IMG/VR virus record: IMGVR_UViG_3300025853_000044
Coordinates: 31,368 to 95,367 of that record
Strand: one strand, 5' to 3'
Source: a virus
DNA: 64,000 nt
Below the pieces are notes generated by a model. The model was not told the DNA's origin, did no database searches, and was given only the letters and a program-made list of their open reading frames with translations. A program made the translations under genes and the position numbers. Of this stretch, positions 1 to 9,549 are shown piece by piece; position 1 is the first letter of the stretch; every line of letters starts with the position of its first letter.

Positions 1-2
1 CT

Positions 3-290
3 CACCTTCGTGCTACGAACTTCTCCTACGGCAAGGAGAGCGACAAGACAACGCTCGCCCCGGAGTGGGAGAAGAAGACCAACAACTACCTTCCTACCAT
101 CATTTGGATGGAGCAGGAACAACACTACAACGACGAGAACGAATTGGTCAAGACGGAGTACAAGGCTCGCTTCAAGAAATGCAAGACGAACCCGGAACTT
201 CAAGACCAAACACGCACTGTGTTTGTGACTCGTCCTAATGGTGAACCCGAATGGTTTGGCTTGCCCGAACTGTATGATGGGAGTTTGTGA
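3..290 (+). CDS. C-terminal part of an upstream gene truncated by the window edge, possibly a RecA/RadA-like (AAA_24-type) ATPase
   Basis: Frame 3 is open from the window start (HLRATNFSYGKESDKTTLAPEWEKKTNNYLPTIIWMEQ...YDGSL*). The function is a guess from its place in the replication operon. Confidence 0.35.
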   Translation, partial: HLRATNFSYGKESDKTTLAPEWEKKTNNYLPTIIWMEQEQHYNDENELVKTEYKARFKKCKTNPELQDQTRTVFVTRPNGEPEWFGLPELYDGSL

Positions 291-310
291 TACTCGTTGC
301 ATCCCGGTAA

Positions 311-434
311 TTGAGAGAGGTTTTAGCAGGTAATGAATGGACAATGTTTCATGGCTTGTGCAATTTAGGTTGCACGCTAAGGGGGCTTTGTATCTTGGTT
401 CGGTGTTTCCCCTCCTTCCATTCCCCTCTCTTAC
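311..434 (+). ncRNA. Candidate structured RNA element in the leader of the clamp/polB genes
   Basis: Nested inverted repeats: TGAGAGAGG 312-320 / CCTCTCTTA 425-433; GAATGGA 335-341 / TCCATTC 417-423; GTGCAA 358-363 / TTGCAC 370-375; AGGGG 380-384 / CCCCT 409-413. It ends just before the SD AGGTGA (436-441). Confidence 0.35.
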
Positions 435-447
435 AAGGTGATTTGAT

Positions 448-1200
448 ATGACGAAAGTAGTAATTGACAGAAAGAGTTTGCTGGACTTCCTTACCTCGTT
501 TGGTAAGGGCGTGACTGATGTACGCATGAGTTGTGCTGGCAACCGCTTGACGGTTGAGGTGGGCTTCGCAACCTACTACCTGCGTAAGCAACTCGTTGGT
601 GTCACCATTGAGGATGAGGGCATCATCCACATTGCTTTACTGGAAAAAGCAATTGCTTTCCTCAAGGCCAGCAAGCAGGATAGCGTGACGCTACGGCAGA
701 CGGCTGAGACAAAGCCACTTCACTTGGAGGCTGGTGGGAACAAACTGCAACTACCAAGCACTGACGACATTACCTCAGCGGCCAAGACCGTGGTAGTGCG
801 TGCCCTACTTGAGAAGGCATCGGCACAGGGATGGAGCAAGTTCGCTGATGATGAACTGTCCGTACACGCTACGCTCAAGACGAAGGACTTGATTTCACTG
901 GCTGGTATGAAAGGATTGCTGGCCAAAGACTCCATGTACAAGATGCGTATCCACTGCGGCGAGGGTGAGTTTGGTATCGTGGCTGGCAAGGCGGCTACTG
1001 GTCGCCTGTTTACCACTCTACCTGCCCTTGACACGGACGGCCCGAATGCTACCGTACAGACACACTTCGGTGAATGGCTACCCACTTGTTTGCAGTATCT
1101 TGACGATGGTGAGGCCCGCCTCTACATGGGTGATGATACACTGGTCATCTTTGAGCAACAGAATACTTTACTGATGATTGTAAACGAGAGTGATGTTTGA
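448..1200 (+). CDS. Putative DNA sliding clamp (PCNA-like)
   Basis: 250 aa, the size of PCNA, with an alternating helix/strand pattern ending LVIFEQQNTLLMI. Overlaps the polB start; AGGTGA SD. No diagnostic motif seen. Confidence 0.55.
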   Translation: MTKVVIDRKSLLDFLTSFGKGVTDVRMSCAGNRLTVEVGFATYYLRKQLVGVTIEDEGIIHIALLEKAIAFLKASKQDSVTLRQTAETKPLHLEAGGNKLQLPSTDDITSAAKTVVVRALLEKASAQGWSKFADDELSVHATLKTKDLISLAGMKGLLAKDSMYKMRIHCGEGEFGIVAGKAATGRLFTTLPALDTDGPNATVQTHFGEWLPTCLQYLDDGEARLYMGDDTLVIFEQQNTLLMIVNESDV

Positions 1201-3596
1201 TGATTATTGACTTCATCTCCGATGACCCCTACGAACCGCTCACCATTTACGAGCGTACTCGTAGGGCTGACGGGGTGTTGAAGGAACGCTACATCACCCA
1301 CGAAGACAGGGGGTATGTGTATCCATTCTGTTGGGTACGACAAGGTGCACCGAACTGGGTGCTTAATCGCTTACGCAACATCCATGCCCGTGTACTCAAG
1401 GACGAGGTTGGTGTAGGACTTGACGGTGGAAAGTTGTGGAAGGTGCAGGTGAACCACCCCAATCAATTGTGGGAAATCAAAGACTTGGTAGGCAAGTGGA
1501 CATACGAAGCCGATTTGAATTACCTTGACCAAATCCTTCTTACCAACTATCCCGATGAGTTGCCGGAGTTTCACCCACGCAAGTGGTACTACGACTTGGA
1601 GTGGGAAACATCGGGCGACGGTGCCATCACGGTCATGGCTGTGGCTGACACACACGCTGAACACAATGTGGTGTTCGCTTGGAGTCAAGAGTCCATTCGT
1701 GATACCATCACCAAGACCGAGTGGATTGACCGCTACGAAGGGTACGAGTTGCGTACCTACCCCAATGAGGACAAGATGCTCATGGGTTTCCTTGAACACC
1801 TCAAGGAGTGCGACCCCGACATGCTGATTGCTCACGCTGGTGGATGGGCTGACCTACCCAAGTTGCACGAGCGTATGGGTGCCCTGCGTCACGACATGTC
1901 TCCCATTGGTTACTTCCTCCCACCGAAGAAGGACGGGTCGGGATACAAGTCCACGGCTCAACCCATCAAAGGGCGGCTGGTGTTTGACACAGCGGCTCAA
2001 GCGGCTGAGGGTAGTGGCTTTGAGGGTGTGTGGCAGAAGAGCGGGCGTGGGCAAGCACAGCAACGCAAGTTGAATTGGTTCGCCACCGAACTCGGACTTG
2101 GTCACAAACTTACTGATGAAATAGAAGGCATGACCGTACACAACGGTTGGGCTGAATACTATGATGACTTCGTGGATTACTGTTTGGTGGATACTACACT
2201 GCTTCGTGACATTGACAAGAAACTCAACTGCACTGATTTCCACCTCGCACTACAGCAAGTTGCTGGTGTACAGTTCGGTAGCACGCACAATGTGAGCCGA
2301 TACTTCCGTGGTTTAATTGGTCGTAAAACAAATCTCAAGGCACCAACCTCCTACATTGAGGAACGGCCCGAACTACAGGCCGCATGGGTAATGCCTCCTG
2401 TACCGGGTCGTCACATGAATGTGGCGTTGAAGGATTTCGCATCCCTATACCCGAACATCATTCTCTCCGCCAACTTGTGTCACACAACACTTACTGACCA
2501 ACCCGGCCCCAATGTTCTCACACTTGACATCCCACCTAAGTTGGGTGATGATGGTAACTACATTCCCGGCACGGGTGGTGTATTCCATTGGAAGCAAGAC
2601 AAGGAAGGTTTGCTTCCGAAGGTTGTCAAAGACCTACTCGCTCTTCGTAAGCACTACAAAGGTATGATGAAAGAGGCTACCGACCCCGATGAGAAGTTGG
2701 GATACAACATGCTACAGATGGCTGTCAAGGTTTCAGTGAATGCCATCTACGGTATGGTGGGTAGTCGCAAGGTTCGTGGGCAGTGGAGCAGTTATGAGAT
2801 TGCTCAGTCCATCACTTACCTTGGGCGACAATCCATCGCCATGCTGGTAGAGCGTAGCGAAGAGATGGGGTACCGTGCGTTGGCTGGCCACACTGATTCA
2901 TGCTACATCCAAGTACCCTTTGAGGAGGCTGAAGAAGTAGCACAGAAACTCACCACCATCGCACAAGAAGAGATGGGGCTGAAGTACCTTGATGTGGAGT
3001 TGGAGGCGTTCTTCCCGTACTGGTTTACTGGTAATGTGAAGAACCGTAACTTCGGTGTCAAGTCATGGCCACCCGAAGAAGAGGGTGGTATGAAAGTGAC
3101 TGGCTTCTCCATCAAAGCCTCAAGTGCGCCACCGCTGACAAAAGAATTACTGGGTAAAGTATTCCGAATGGTTTCCACTGGAAGTGAGGAAGAGGAAATC
3201 TTTGATGAGATTCGTCCCGCTATCCGTGAGGTGTACTTGGGTGAGCGGCCCGCTACTGATGCCTCTTCGTATGGGCGTGTCAATAAGAACTTGGACGACT
3301 ACGACAAGGTGGTACCCAACCCCGCTAAGGCGGCACGATATTCCAACGAGCATCTTGGTACAGGCTACAAGAAGAACGACAGCGTAAGGTGGGTGTTTGT
3401 AGATGATGTACCCGAAGGACAACCATACTGCAATGTGGTGGCCTACGAGGATGAGCGACAACTCAGTGAGTACGGCATTGACTGGACAACCATCGTTGAC
3501 AAATGGATTCATCGTAAATTAAAATTGGTGTATGAAACACTTGATTGGGATTTGGAAAGGCTGACGGCACGCCGAGTGCCGAGAAAACTGTGGTGA
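1197..3596 (+). CDS. polB: Family B DNA polymerase with 3'-5' exonuclease
   Basis: ExoI YYDLEW, ExoIII YCLVD, motif A DFASLYPNII, motif B KVSVNAIYG, motif C variant AGHTDS. No intein. Confidence 0.95.
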   Translation: MMIIDFISDDPYEPLTIYERTRRADGVLKERYITHEDRGYVYPFCWVRQGAPNWVLNRLRNIHARVLKDEVGVGLDGGKLWKVQVNHPNQLWEIKDLVGKWTYEADLNYLDQILLTNYPDELPEFHPRKWYYDLEWETSGDGAITVMAVADTHAEHNVVFAWSQESIRDTITKTEWIDRYEGYELRTYPNEDKMLMGFLEHLKECDPDMLIAHAGGWADLPKLHERMGALRHDMSPIGYFLPPKKDGSGYKSTAQPIKGRLVFDTAAQAAEGSGFEGVWQKSGRGQAQQRKLNWFATELGLGHKLTDEIEGMTVHNGWAEYYDDFVDYCLVDTTLLRDIDKKLNCTDFHLALQQVAGVQFGSTHNVSRYFRGLIGRKTNLKAPTSYIEERPELQAAWVMPPVPGRHMNVALKDFASLYPNIILSANLCHTTLTDQPGPNVLTLDIPPKLGDDGNYIPGTGGVFHWKQDKEGLLPKVVKDLLALRKHYKGMMKEATDPDEKLGYNMLQMAVKVSVNAIYGMVGSRKVRGQWSSYEIAQSITYLGRQSIAMLVERSEEMGYRALAGHTDSCYIQVPFEEAEEVAQKLTTIAQEEMGLKYLDVELEAFFPYWFTGNVKNRNFGVKSWPPEEEGGMKVTGFSIKASSAPPLTKELLGKVFRMVSTGSEEEEIFDEIRPAIREVYLGERPATDASSYGRVNKNLDDYDKVVPNPAKAARYSNEHLGTGYKKNDSVRWVFVDDVPEGQPYCNVVAYEDERQLSEYGIDWTTIVDKWIHRKLKLVYETLDWDLERLTARRVPRKLW

Positions 3597-3597
3597 T

Positions 3598-4203
3598 ATG
3601 ATGAGCAGAATTGAAGACGAAGTGTGTAAGAAGATTGCACAGCGAGCGGAAGTAGGCAAGAACAAGTACGGGGTGACTATGGAGACAGCCCCGTTGTCTC
3701 GCCTTGAATGGCTCATTCATGCACAGGAAGAGGCCATGGACTTGGCCGTGTACTTGCAGAAGTTGATTGAGATGGAAACACCTGTAGAAGAAAAATTCTT
3801 TCCTGTTAAAGAAGCATACGAAGAACTCACCGACGATAATTCCCCTGTTCCTTTACACAAAGTAGTGTCGCAGATAATTGAAACTCAAAAAATTCCTTAT
3901 GGTGAGGCTATCAAGTTGTTGGAACAAGAAAAGAGAGAATATATTTTTAATTTCAAAGAGGGTATCAGCATGATTCAAATGGCACCTCATCCAAACAAAG
4001 AAGAGATATACTCACAAGACCAGCACAATACACATCCTAAACGATGTGAGGCAATTACTGTACATGGCACACGATGTCAAGTTCCCGTTCACCACGACAG
4101 ACCTCACTACAACAACCCACACAACCCTTGTAAGAAGGAAAAGTTGCTTTGCTGGCAACATTGTGATTGTGGTGGCTCTCATTTCAATGAGGTGGAAGAA
4201 TGA
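3598..4203 (+). CDS. MazG-like/NTP-pyrophosphohydrolase-fold N-terminal domain fused to a Cys/His finger
   Basis: RAEVGKNKYG...WLIHAQEEAMDLAVY is a common viral all-alpha EExxD motif. The C-terminus carries RCEAITVHGTRC...LCWQHC. Confidence 0.5.
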   Translation: MMSRIEDEVCKKIAQRAEVGKNKYGVTMETAPLSRLEWLIHAQEEAMDLAVYLQKLIEMETPVEEKFFPVKEAYEELTDDNSPVPLHKVVSQIIETQKIPYGEAIKLLEQEKREYIFNFKEGISMIQMAPHPNKEEIYSQDQHNTHPKRCEAITVHGTRCQVPVHHDRPHYNNPHNPCKKEKLLCWQHCDCGGSHFNEVEE

Positions 4204-5228
4204 GATGGAACCCCAACGGTGATGATAGTCGTCCACTCATTGAGGACTACCTCGCTGAGACAGGCCACGAGGAGGAGGCCGAGTCCTACCGCATGAGTAC
4301 CTATGCGTGGAGTCCACTGCTCACGCCCGACAAGAAACTGCGGGTCACCAAGTCAAGCCTCGGTACCTTCGGTTGGTGTCGCCAGCAATACTACCTTGAG
4401 AAGTTCAAGGGCTTGCGTGGAGAGACAGTCGCTCACCACATTCGTGGGTTGAATGTCCACGACATGATGGAATGGTTTTGGGCAAACTTCACTACTGAAC
4501 AAGAGGTTGAGGTATTGGCACTGGCTGATGATGTACCCAAGGCTCGCCAATTGTTTTACGCCGCTATCCCTACACCACCCGAACCTTACATTTATGGTGA
4601 GGATGAGCAGATTGCTCAGTGGACTGAGTGGCAGTTCCAACGCCTCCTGCACACTGGTGGTAAGCAATGGCGACCTACGGGAGTTGAGGCCAATGTCCAC
4701 GCTACACGGTTTGTAGAAGTGGACGGCGAGGCTATTCCTATTCACATCAATGGATTCATTGATACGCTGTTTGCTGATGATGACGGCTTTGCTCTCATGG
4801 AATTGAAGACGGGTAAGTACAAAGCCCGTAGCAAAGTCCCATCCATGCGAAAAGAAATGGCGTTTTACAAGATGATGCTGGAACACAGCAAGCACGCTGA
4901 GTTCCTACCCATCACCCATTGGGGATGGGAGTTTCCCGGTGGGGGTATCAACGGGGGCGAAGGCCCAACGATTTACTACGAGCCTACTGAGAAGAAGTGG
5001 GCGGCGATGAAGTCTGTGGAGAAGGCACTTGAAAAACTGGTGAAGGCTCACATAGACATGGACTTCCCTCCCGACCCATGGATGGGTAGGAAGCGAGAAG
5101 ATGAAACACTTGAGGACTTGTTGGAACGCAACGGCATGAAATGTTCGTGGTGCGACCACAGGGAACACTGTTCCTTTTGGTCACTAACTGATGAGTTCCT
5201 TGACGATATAATGGAGGAAAAACAATGA
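4200..5228 (+). CDS. Cas4-like PD-(D/E)xK exonuclease with probable Fe-S cluster
   Basis: KSSLGTFGWC near the N-terminus, GFIDTL, MELKTGK, EMAFY and C-terminal CSWCDHREHC: the 1+3 Cys layout of the Cas4/AddB family. Confidence 0.85.
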   Translation: MRWNPNGDDSRPLIEDYLAETGHEEEAESYRMSTYAWSPLLTPDKKLRVTKSSLGTFGWCRQQYYLEKFKGLRGETVAHHIRGLNVHDMMEWFWANFTTEQEVEVLALADDVPKARQLFYAAIPTPPEPYIYGEDEQIAQWTEWQFQRLLHTGGKQWRPTGVEANVHATRFVEVDGEAIPIHINGFIDTLFADDDGFALMELKTGKYKARSKVPSMRKEMAFYKMMLEHSKHAEFLPITHWGWEFPGGGINGGEGPTIYYEPTEKKWAAMKSVEKALEKLVKAHIDMDFPPDPWMGRKREDETLEDLLERNGMKCSWCDHREHCSFWSLTDEFLDDIMEEKQ

Positions 5229-5533
5229 GAAATGCAGTGATGCTATTGGAAAAAGTGTTGAACGACACAGTGAACGAAGAGAAGTACAGGGTGCGAGTCC
5301 AAGTGACGAAGCAAGGCAATTTGCCAAACCGTGCGGCTTTCATCCGAAAGTCGTACAGGCAAACAACTTTGCATCAATTCATGGACAGCGGTATTGGTGA
5401 AACACCACACACCGTTGGCCCACTGGACATCATCTACACCGTGCAAGCATGGTACATGAAGAGTGAAAACATTTCCGATACGCAAGATAGTTTGAAGAAA
5501 GATTTGAACGAATACCTGTTTAGCCTACGGTGA
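5225..5533 (+). CDS. Small protein with a PIP-box-like motif
   Basis: ATGA/GTGA overlaps with both neighbours; contains QTTLHQFM. Confidence 0.6.
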   Translation: MRNAVMLLEKVLNDTVNEEKYRVRVQVTKQGNLPNRAAFIRKSYRQTTLHQFMDSGIGETPHTVGPLDIIYTVQAWYMKSENISDTQDSLKKDLNEYLFSLR

Positions 5534-6627
5534 TTGTAGTGCCCTTCGTGCCCATTGATTATCCTCGTGAGGTGCTTGAGTTATCAAGCACTGGGGATAA
5601 GGGCTGGCGGCGCATGGTAAAAAACGCTGAGGAATTAGAATCCTATTGGCGAGGCAAGAGTGGTAGCGGTAATGTGTACTTCACTGCCTACGGCTACACA
5701 GCGACACAGGCACCAAAGCACCACCGTGTGGACTACAACACACCACTCATTCATCACTTTGTGATGGACTTTGATTGCAAGGACTTTAACAACAAAGGTG
5801 CTGATGTAGCGTTTGATGTACCACAGGAAGAGGTACGCCGCCTGCATCAATATCTTATGAGTAGCAACACCCTACACTACATTTGGTTTAGCGGTGGTGG
5901 ATTCCATGTATGGATTCCGTTGGCTGAAACACTCGTACCGAAAAGTGGTAGCGAGGTTTCTCGCATCAAACAGTCGGGGCGGGTGTTGATTAAATCATGG
6001 GAAAAAGAAATTGGGCCGTTAAACTGTAACGACCCAACTGTGATGTTTGATACCAGTGGTATGATTCGCATACCCAACTCGTACAACGCCAAGCGCGGTG
6101 CGTGGTCTGTACCACTCACCAGTGAAGAGGTGATGACCCTCTCGTTTGACGGTTTGATGGACAAGGGTATGGAAGCACACAGTGGGTACATCGCCCACGG
6201 CGAAAATAAATTACTGATGAATTTAATTGAAAATAAGTTTGCTGTCAATTATGACCTCAAGCCGGTGGACTTGCCTACCGTATCACTCAACGACATTCAC
6301 ATCCTCCCTTGTTTATCTCAAGCGGCCATGGGTGGGGGCAACCCACCGCACCGGGCAAGGTATCATTTCGCATCGTACTTGGCTGACCGTTTCCGTATGT
6401 TCTTCCCTGCTTGGCGTGTAGGAAACGAAGAGAAGGAAGAACACATAAGGAACATCGTGAGTATCTGTGAACAACAGGAATGGGTGGACTACCGATACGA
6501 GAAGACTGAGGAACAAGTGAGGAGCATTGTCATGACAGGATACTCTCATGCCACCTGTTCAACATTATATACTGAAGGCTTCTGTATGGGAAAGTGCAAG
6601 TATTACGATGGTACGGGTGTGAATTAA
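5530..6627 (+). CDS. Archaeo-eukaryotic primase, catalytic (PriS) domain fused to PriL Fe-S domain
   Basis: DFD motif (FVMDFDCKD), SGGGFH and RIPNSYN; C-terminal LPCL...HRAR...CSTL...FCMGKC. Confidence 0.88.
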   Translation: MIVVPFVPIDYPREVLELSSTGDKGWRRMVKNAEELESYWRGKSGSGNVYFTAYGYTATQAPKHHRVDYNTPLIHHFVMDFDCKDFNNKGADVAFDVPQEEVRRLHQYLMSSNTLHYIWFSGGGFHVWIPLAETLVPKSGSEVSRIKQSGRVLIKSWEKEIGPLNCNDPTVMFDTSGMIRIPNSYNAKRGAWSVPLTSEEVMTLSFDGLMDKGMEAHSGYIAHGENKLLMNLIENKFAVNYDLKPVDLPTVSLNDIHILPCLSQAAMGGGNPPHRARYHFASYLADRFRMFFPAWRVGNEEKEEHIRNIVSICEQQEWVDYRYEKTEEQVRSIVMTGYSHATCSTLYTEGFCMGKCKYYDGTGVN

Positions 6628-6840
6628 ATGAGGAATAAATGGGTTATCAAGAGATTAACTAAAATGCTCTACGAAACAAATGGTGCTGTTTCAATTGAAA
6701 CACTGTACGATGGGTGTCTCAGTTTGAAACAATCACCAACAAGACAGCACATAGGCACAATCCTCTCATCCATGAAGAATGTAGAGTTTGTAGAAGAAGG
6801 TGTATGGAGGTTAAAGGATGAAACCCCAACTGATAATTGA
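6628..6840 (+). CDS. Small winged-helix-like protein
   Basis: 70 aa, coupled to both neighbours; PTRQHIGTILSS...VEFVEEGVWRL pattern. Confidence 0.5.
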   Translation: MRNKWVIKRLTKMLYETNGAVSIETLYDGCLSLKQSPTRQHIGTILSSMKNVEFVEEGVWRLKDETPTDN

Positions 6841-7516
6841 CAGCAATGAGCGTGGCTTGCTTTGCGAATCCGTAGAGCGCAAGGCCACTAAAGCAGGATT
6901 AACCGTGGCACGCCAAGTGTTGGTGGTTGGAGACTACCAACTTGGTGGGGCGTGCGTTGAAGCCAAGAGCATAGGTGATTTGTTTCAGTCAAGCCACAGT
7001 GGACACCTGTGGCGACAACTGGATAACATGGATGCCAACTACGAGCGTTTCTTCCTTGTCGTACACGGCGACATCGCCAAATACATCGCCATGGCGAAAA
7101 GGAATGGGCGAACAAAAATTTCATATTCAAAAGTGCAAAATGAATTGATAGGCACAATGGCTCGGTTGATGGCTGATTTTGATTGCCAAGTGTTTTACTG
7201 CAACAATGTGAGTGAAGCCGCATCGTTCATTGTGCGTTTGCATGGTAAACTACACAAGCCAGCGAGCAAGCACGGAGCGCAGGCGATACGCCGTGTAGCC
7301 TCCAATGACTTACGCCTTGACATGCTGATGACTGTACCGGGTATCGGACAGGAGACAGCCGAGAAGTTGCTTGAGAAGTGTGGGAACATTGAGGAGATGT
7401 GCTTCCCCGAATCCATCAAGCAGGTGAAAGGGCTTGGAGAAGTGAGAAGAAAGATGCTTGTTGATGTACTAACGAGTGAGGAGCCTGTGCGTCAAGAGCG
7501 CAGGGTTCGTCGTTGA
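6818..7516 (+). CDS. ERCC4/XPF(Hef/Mus81)-family nuclease with tandem HhH motifs
   Basis: IIDSNE, VGDY, VEAKSIGDL; HhH motifs VPGIGQETAEKLL and VKGLGEVRRK. Confidence 0.88.
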   Translation: MKPQLIIDSNERGLLCESVERKATKAGLTVARQVLVVGDYQLGGACVEAKSIGDLFQSSHSGHLWRQLDNMDANYERFFLVVHGDIAKYIAMAKRNGRTKISYSKVQNELIGTMARLMADFDCQVFYCNNVSEAASFIVRLHGKLHKPASKHGAQAIRRVASNDLRLDMLMTVPGIGQETAEKLLEKCGNIEEMCFPESIKQVKGLGEVRRKMLVDVLTSEEPVRQERRVRR

Positions 7517-7517
7517 G

Positions 7518-7525
7518 TATATAAA
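7518..7525 (+). promoter_or_regulatory. Archaeal TATA box
   Basis: TATATAAA lies in the short gap upstream of the helicase ATGs (7544/7553), at a spacing compatible with a leaderless or short-leader transcript. Confidence 0.5.
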
Positions 7526-7543
7526 TCGGCAAAGAAAGAGGGG

Positions 7544-8950
7544 ATGAAGAACATGTTACTCAAAGAATACCGTGCCGTTGAACGATTCCCCATTTTGAAG
7601 GCTTACCTTCATCACTTTTCACAGACCTCAATGAAGAATGAGATGCCGGGTTTGCTGTCATTCTTTTTCATTCAAGGACAAACTACACTACCATACCTCC
7701 GGTTACCTACTGGTGATACTCACCTTGACTTGCGAGTGCATGTCTTTTGGATTCAACCGTCCCGTACAGGGAAATCAATCGCTTGGAACTTTATCAGTGA
7801 CATTATGGAGCAGGCTGAGATTCCCTTTGAGTTGTTTGCATCGGGTACTGATGCAGGTTTGATTGGCTCAACCAACGCTATTCTTGATGACAAAGGAAAA
7901 CCTACTGGTGATGTAGAAACTGTAGAGGGTCTTCTTGCGGGGCGTAAGGGTATCAATTTTGACGAAGGTTCCATCCTTCTTACACCCAACAAGCACAGCC
8001 AAGAGACAGTATTGTACCTACAGACGGCGTGCAACCCTGTGGGTAGCGGCAACAACACACTCGTGAAGCACATGAAGGGAAACAAAATTGAGTGTCCCTC
8101 AATGGTGTCGTTGTGGATTACCACTTACCCACCAAAGGGTGTCAAAGATTATGTTCTCACGAAGGGTATCTTTCAGCGTGTGCTGTTGTACTATCGCCAC
8201 TGGGACATGGATGAGCGACAGGAGGTAAGCAATCGCCGTCTTGGTACATTCTTTGGCCGACCGCCCAAGAATGAAATCACCAAGGATGATTTGTATGCGT
8301 ACTTCAAGGATACAGACAAGCGTATTCGTGACCGCCTACTTGACATGGGTGAACTCACCTTCACACAGTGGTCGGAGATGAGCGGTGATGACAAAGAGAT
8401 AGTTGTACAGGAGCACATGTGGGAGATGTTTACCCCATCCGACGATTATCAAACGGCTTTGTATCAAGCGTCCGATGAGTTGTACGACCTGTTGCGAAAC
8501 ATGAGTCCATCCATGTCCGAGATTGTGGCATCGTTTACTCCCGCCATTGAGAACTACTTGGGTATCTTCTCAGTACACATGGCTATCCTTGATGAGAAGT
8601 GGGAGGTCACTGCGGAGCATGTGGACTTGGCTCACGAGATTTTGATTGACTTATTCCAAAACCTCATCGCATGGCTTGAGGATTCAGTTGAGGTTGGTGG
8701 CAACAAGCAGAAAGAGTCTAAGGCTCATGAGGGTATGATTGCCGCTTACAATGAATGTCAAGCCTACGAGATTGATGGGCATGGCGACGGGTGGCGATTA
8801 CGCTCCATGTTCTTCAACATCTACATGGAGAAAGCCAAGGTGTCCAAGAGCACCGCCGAAAGACACTTCAAGGATTACGGTGGCTCCCTGTTTAAGAGCA
8901 AGAAGAGCGGTGGGCGTGTGTTCATTCGCAAGGTAGGCGATGCACAATGA
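7544..8950 (+). CDS. MCM-like AAA+ helicase without the MCM N-terminal domain
   Basis: Walker A QPSRTGKS, GTDAGLIG (MCM 'S/T.AGL.G' motif), Walker B INFDEG, arginine-finger-like GIFQR, C-terminal wHTH-like segment. Confidence 0.7.
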   Translation: MKNMLLKEYRAVERFPILKAYLHHFSQTSMKNEMPGLLSFFFIQGQTTLPYLRLPTGDTHLDLRVHVFWIQPSRTGKSIAWNFISDIMEQAEIPFELFASGTDAGLIGSTNAILDDKGKPTGDVETVEGLLAGRKGINFDEGSILLTPNKHSQETVLYLQTACNPVGSGNNTLVKHMKGNKIECPSMVSLWITTYPPKGVKDYVLTKGIFQRVLLYYRHWDMDERQEVSNRRLGTFFGRPPKNEITKDDLYAYFKDTDKRIRDRLLDMGELTFTQWSEMSGDDKEIVVQEHMWEMFTPSDDYQTALYQASDELYDLLRNMSPSMSEIVASFTPAIENYLGIFSVHMAILDEKWEVTAEHVDLAHEILIDLFQNLIAWLEDSVEVGGNKQKESKAHEGMIAAYNECQAYEIDGHGDGWRLRSMFFNIYMEKAKVSKSTAERHFKDYGGSLFKSKKSGGRVFIRKVGDAQ

Positions 8951-9549
8951 GCGACATACTGGCACTGGATATTGAAACTGCGAACTTTTCTCATGAAATA
9001 GGTGGGTGGCACAACACTCACTTGTTTGAGCCATCGGTGGTCGCTACATGGGACGGGCACGATGGAACGATTTACTGCAACGAGGGATTGGATGTGGACA
9101 ACAAGGTGAAAGCCTTGCACCCACGCACCCTCGGTGACGATTTAGCCAACCATGTGGAGAAGGGTGGTAAAATCCTTGGACACAACATAAAGGCATTTGA
9201 CTTACCAGTGCTGAGGGATGCACTGGATTGCTGGACAGCCAGCGACTTGATGAAGTCGGATGCTGTCGTTGATACTCGCAACTTGGTACGCAGTGCCGCA
9301 TTAAGTGTTGGGAGGGTGGATACATCGCTTGGTATGCTTACCAAGCACACCTTCAACACCAATAAGTTGATGAACAGTGCGGATGCACCCGTGGCTTGGA
9401 GAGAAGGCCGGTATGATGAGGTGGCGAAGTATTGCTTAAGCGATGCTCAACTTACCTACGACTTGTATCAGTTTGGAAAAGCCGAGGGACATGTCCTCTC
9501 AAGGAGCCTTGAGTCGGGAGAAGTTGTAGAAATAGAAGTGGAATGGTGA
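8947..9549 (+). CDS. DEDD/DnaQ-like 3'-5' exonuclease (RNase_H_2/YprB-like)
   Basis: LALDIET, GHNIKAFDLPVL, KYCLSDAQLT. Confidence 0.85.
   Translation: MSDILALDIETANFSHEIGGWHNTHLFEPSVVATWDGHDGTIYCNEGLDVDNKVKALHPRTLGDDLANHVEKGGKILGHNIKAFDLPVLRDALDCWTASDLMKSDAVVDTRNLVRSAALSVGRVDTSLGMLTKHTFNTNKLMNSADAPVAWREGRYDEVAKYCLSDAQLTYDLYQFGKAEGHVLSRSLESGEVVEIEVEW

Noticed and set aside
291-447. tRNA gene in the intergenic gap
   Set aside because: It contains GGTTCG but no cloverleaf with proper arm lengths could be built; I saw no tRNA or rRNA elsewhere in the window.
4200-5228. Cas4-like gene as a sign of a CRISPR system
   Set aside because: I saw no repeat-spacer array or other cas genes; stand-alone Cas4-like nucleases are common in archaeal virus replication modules.
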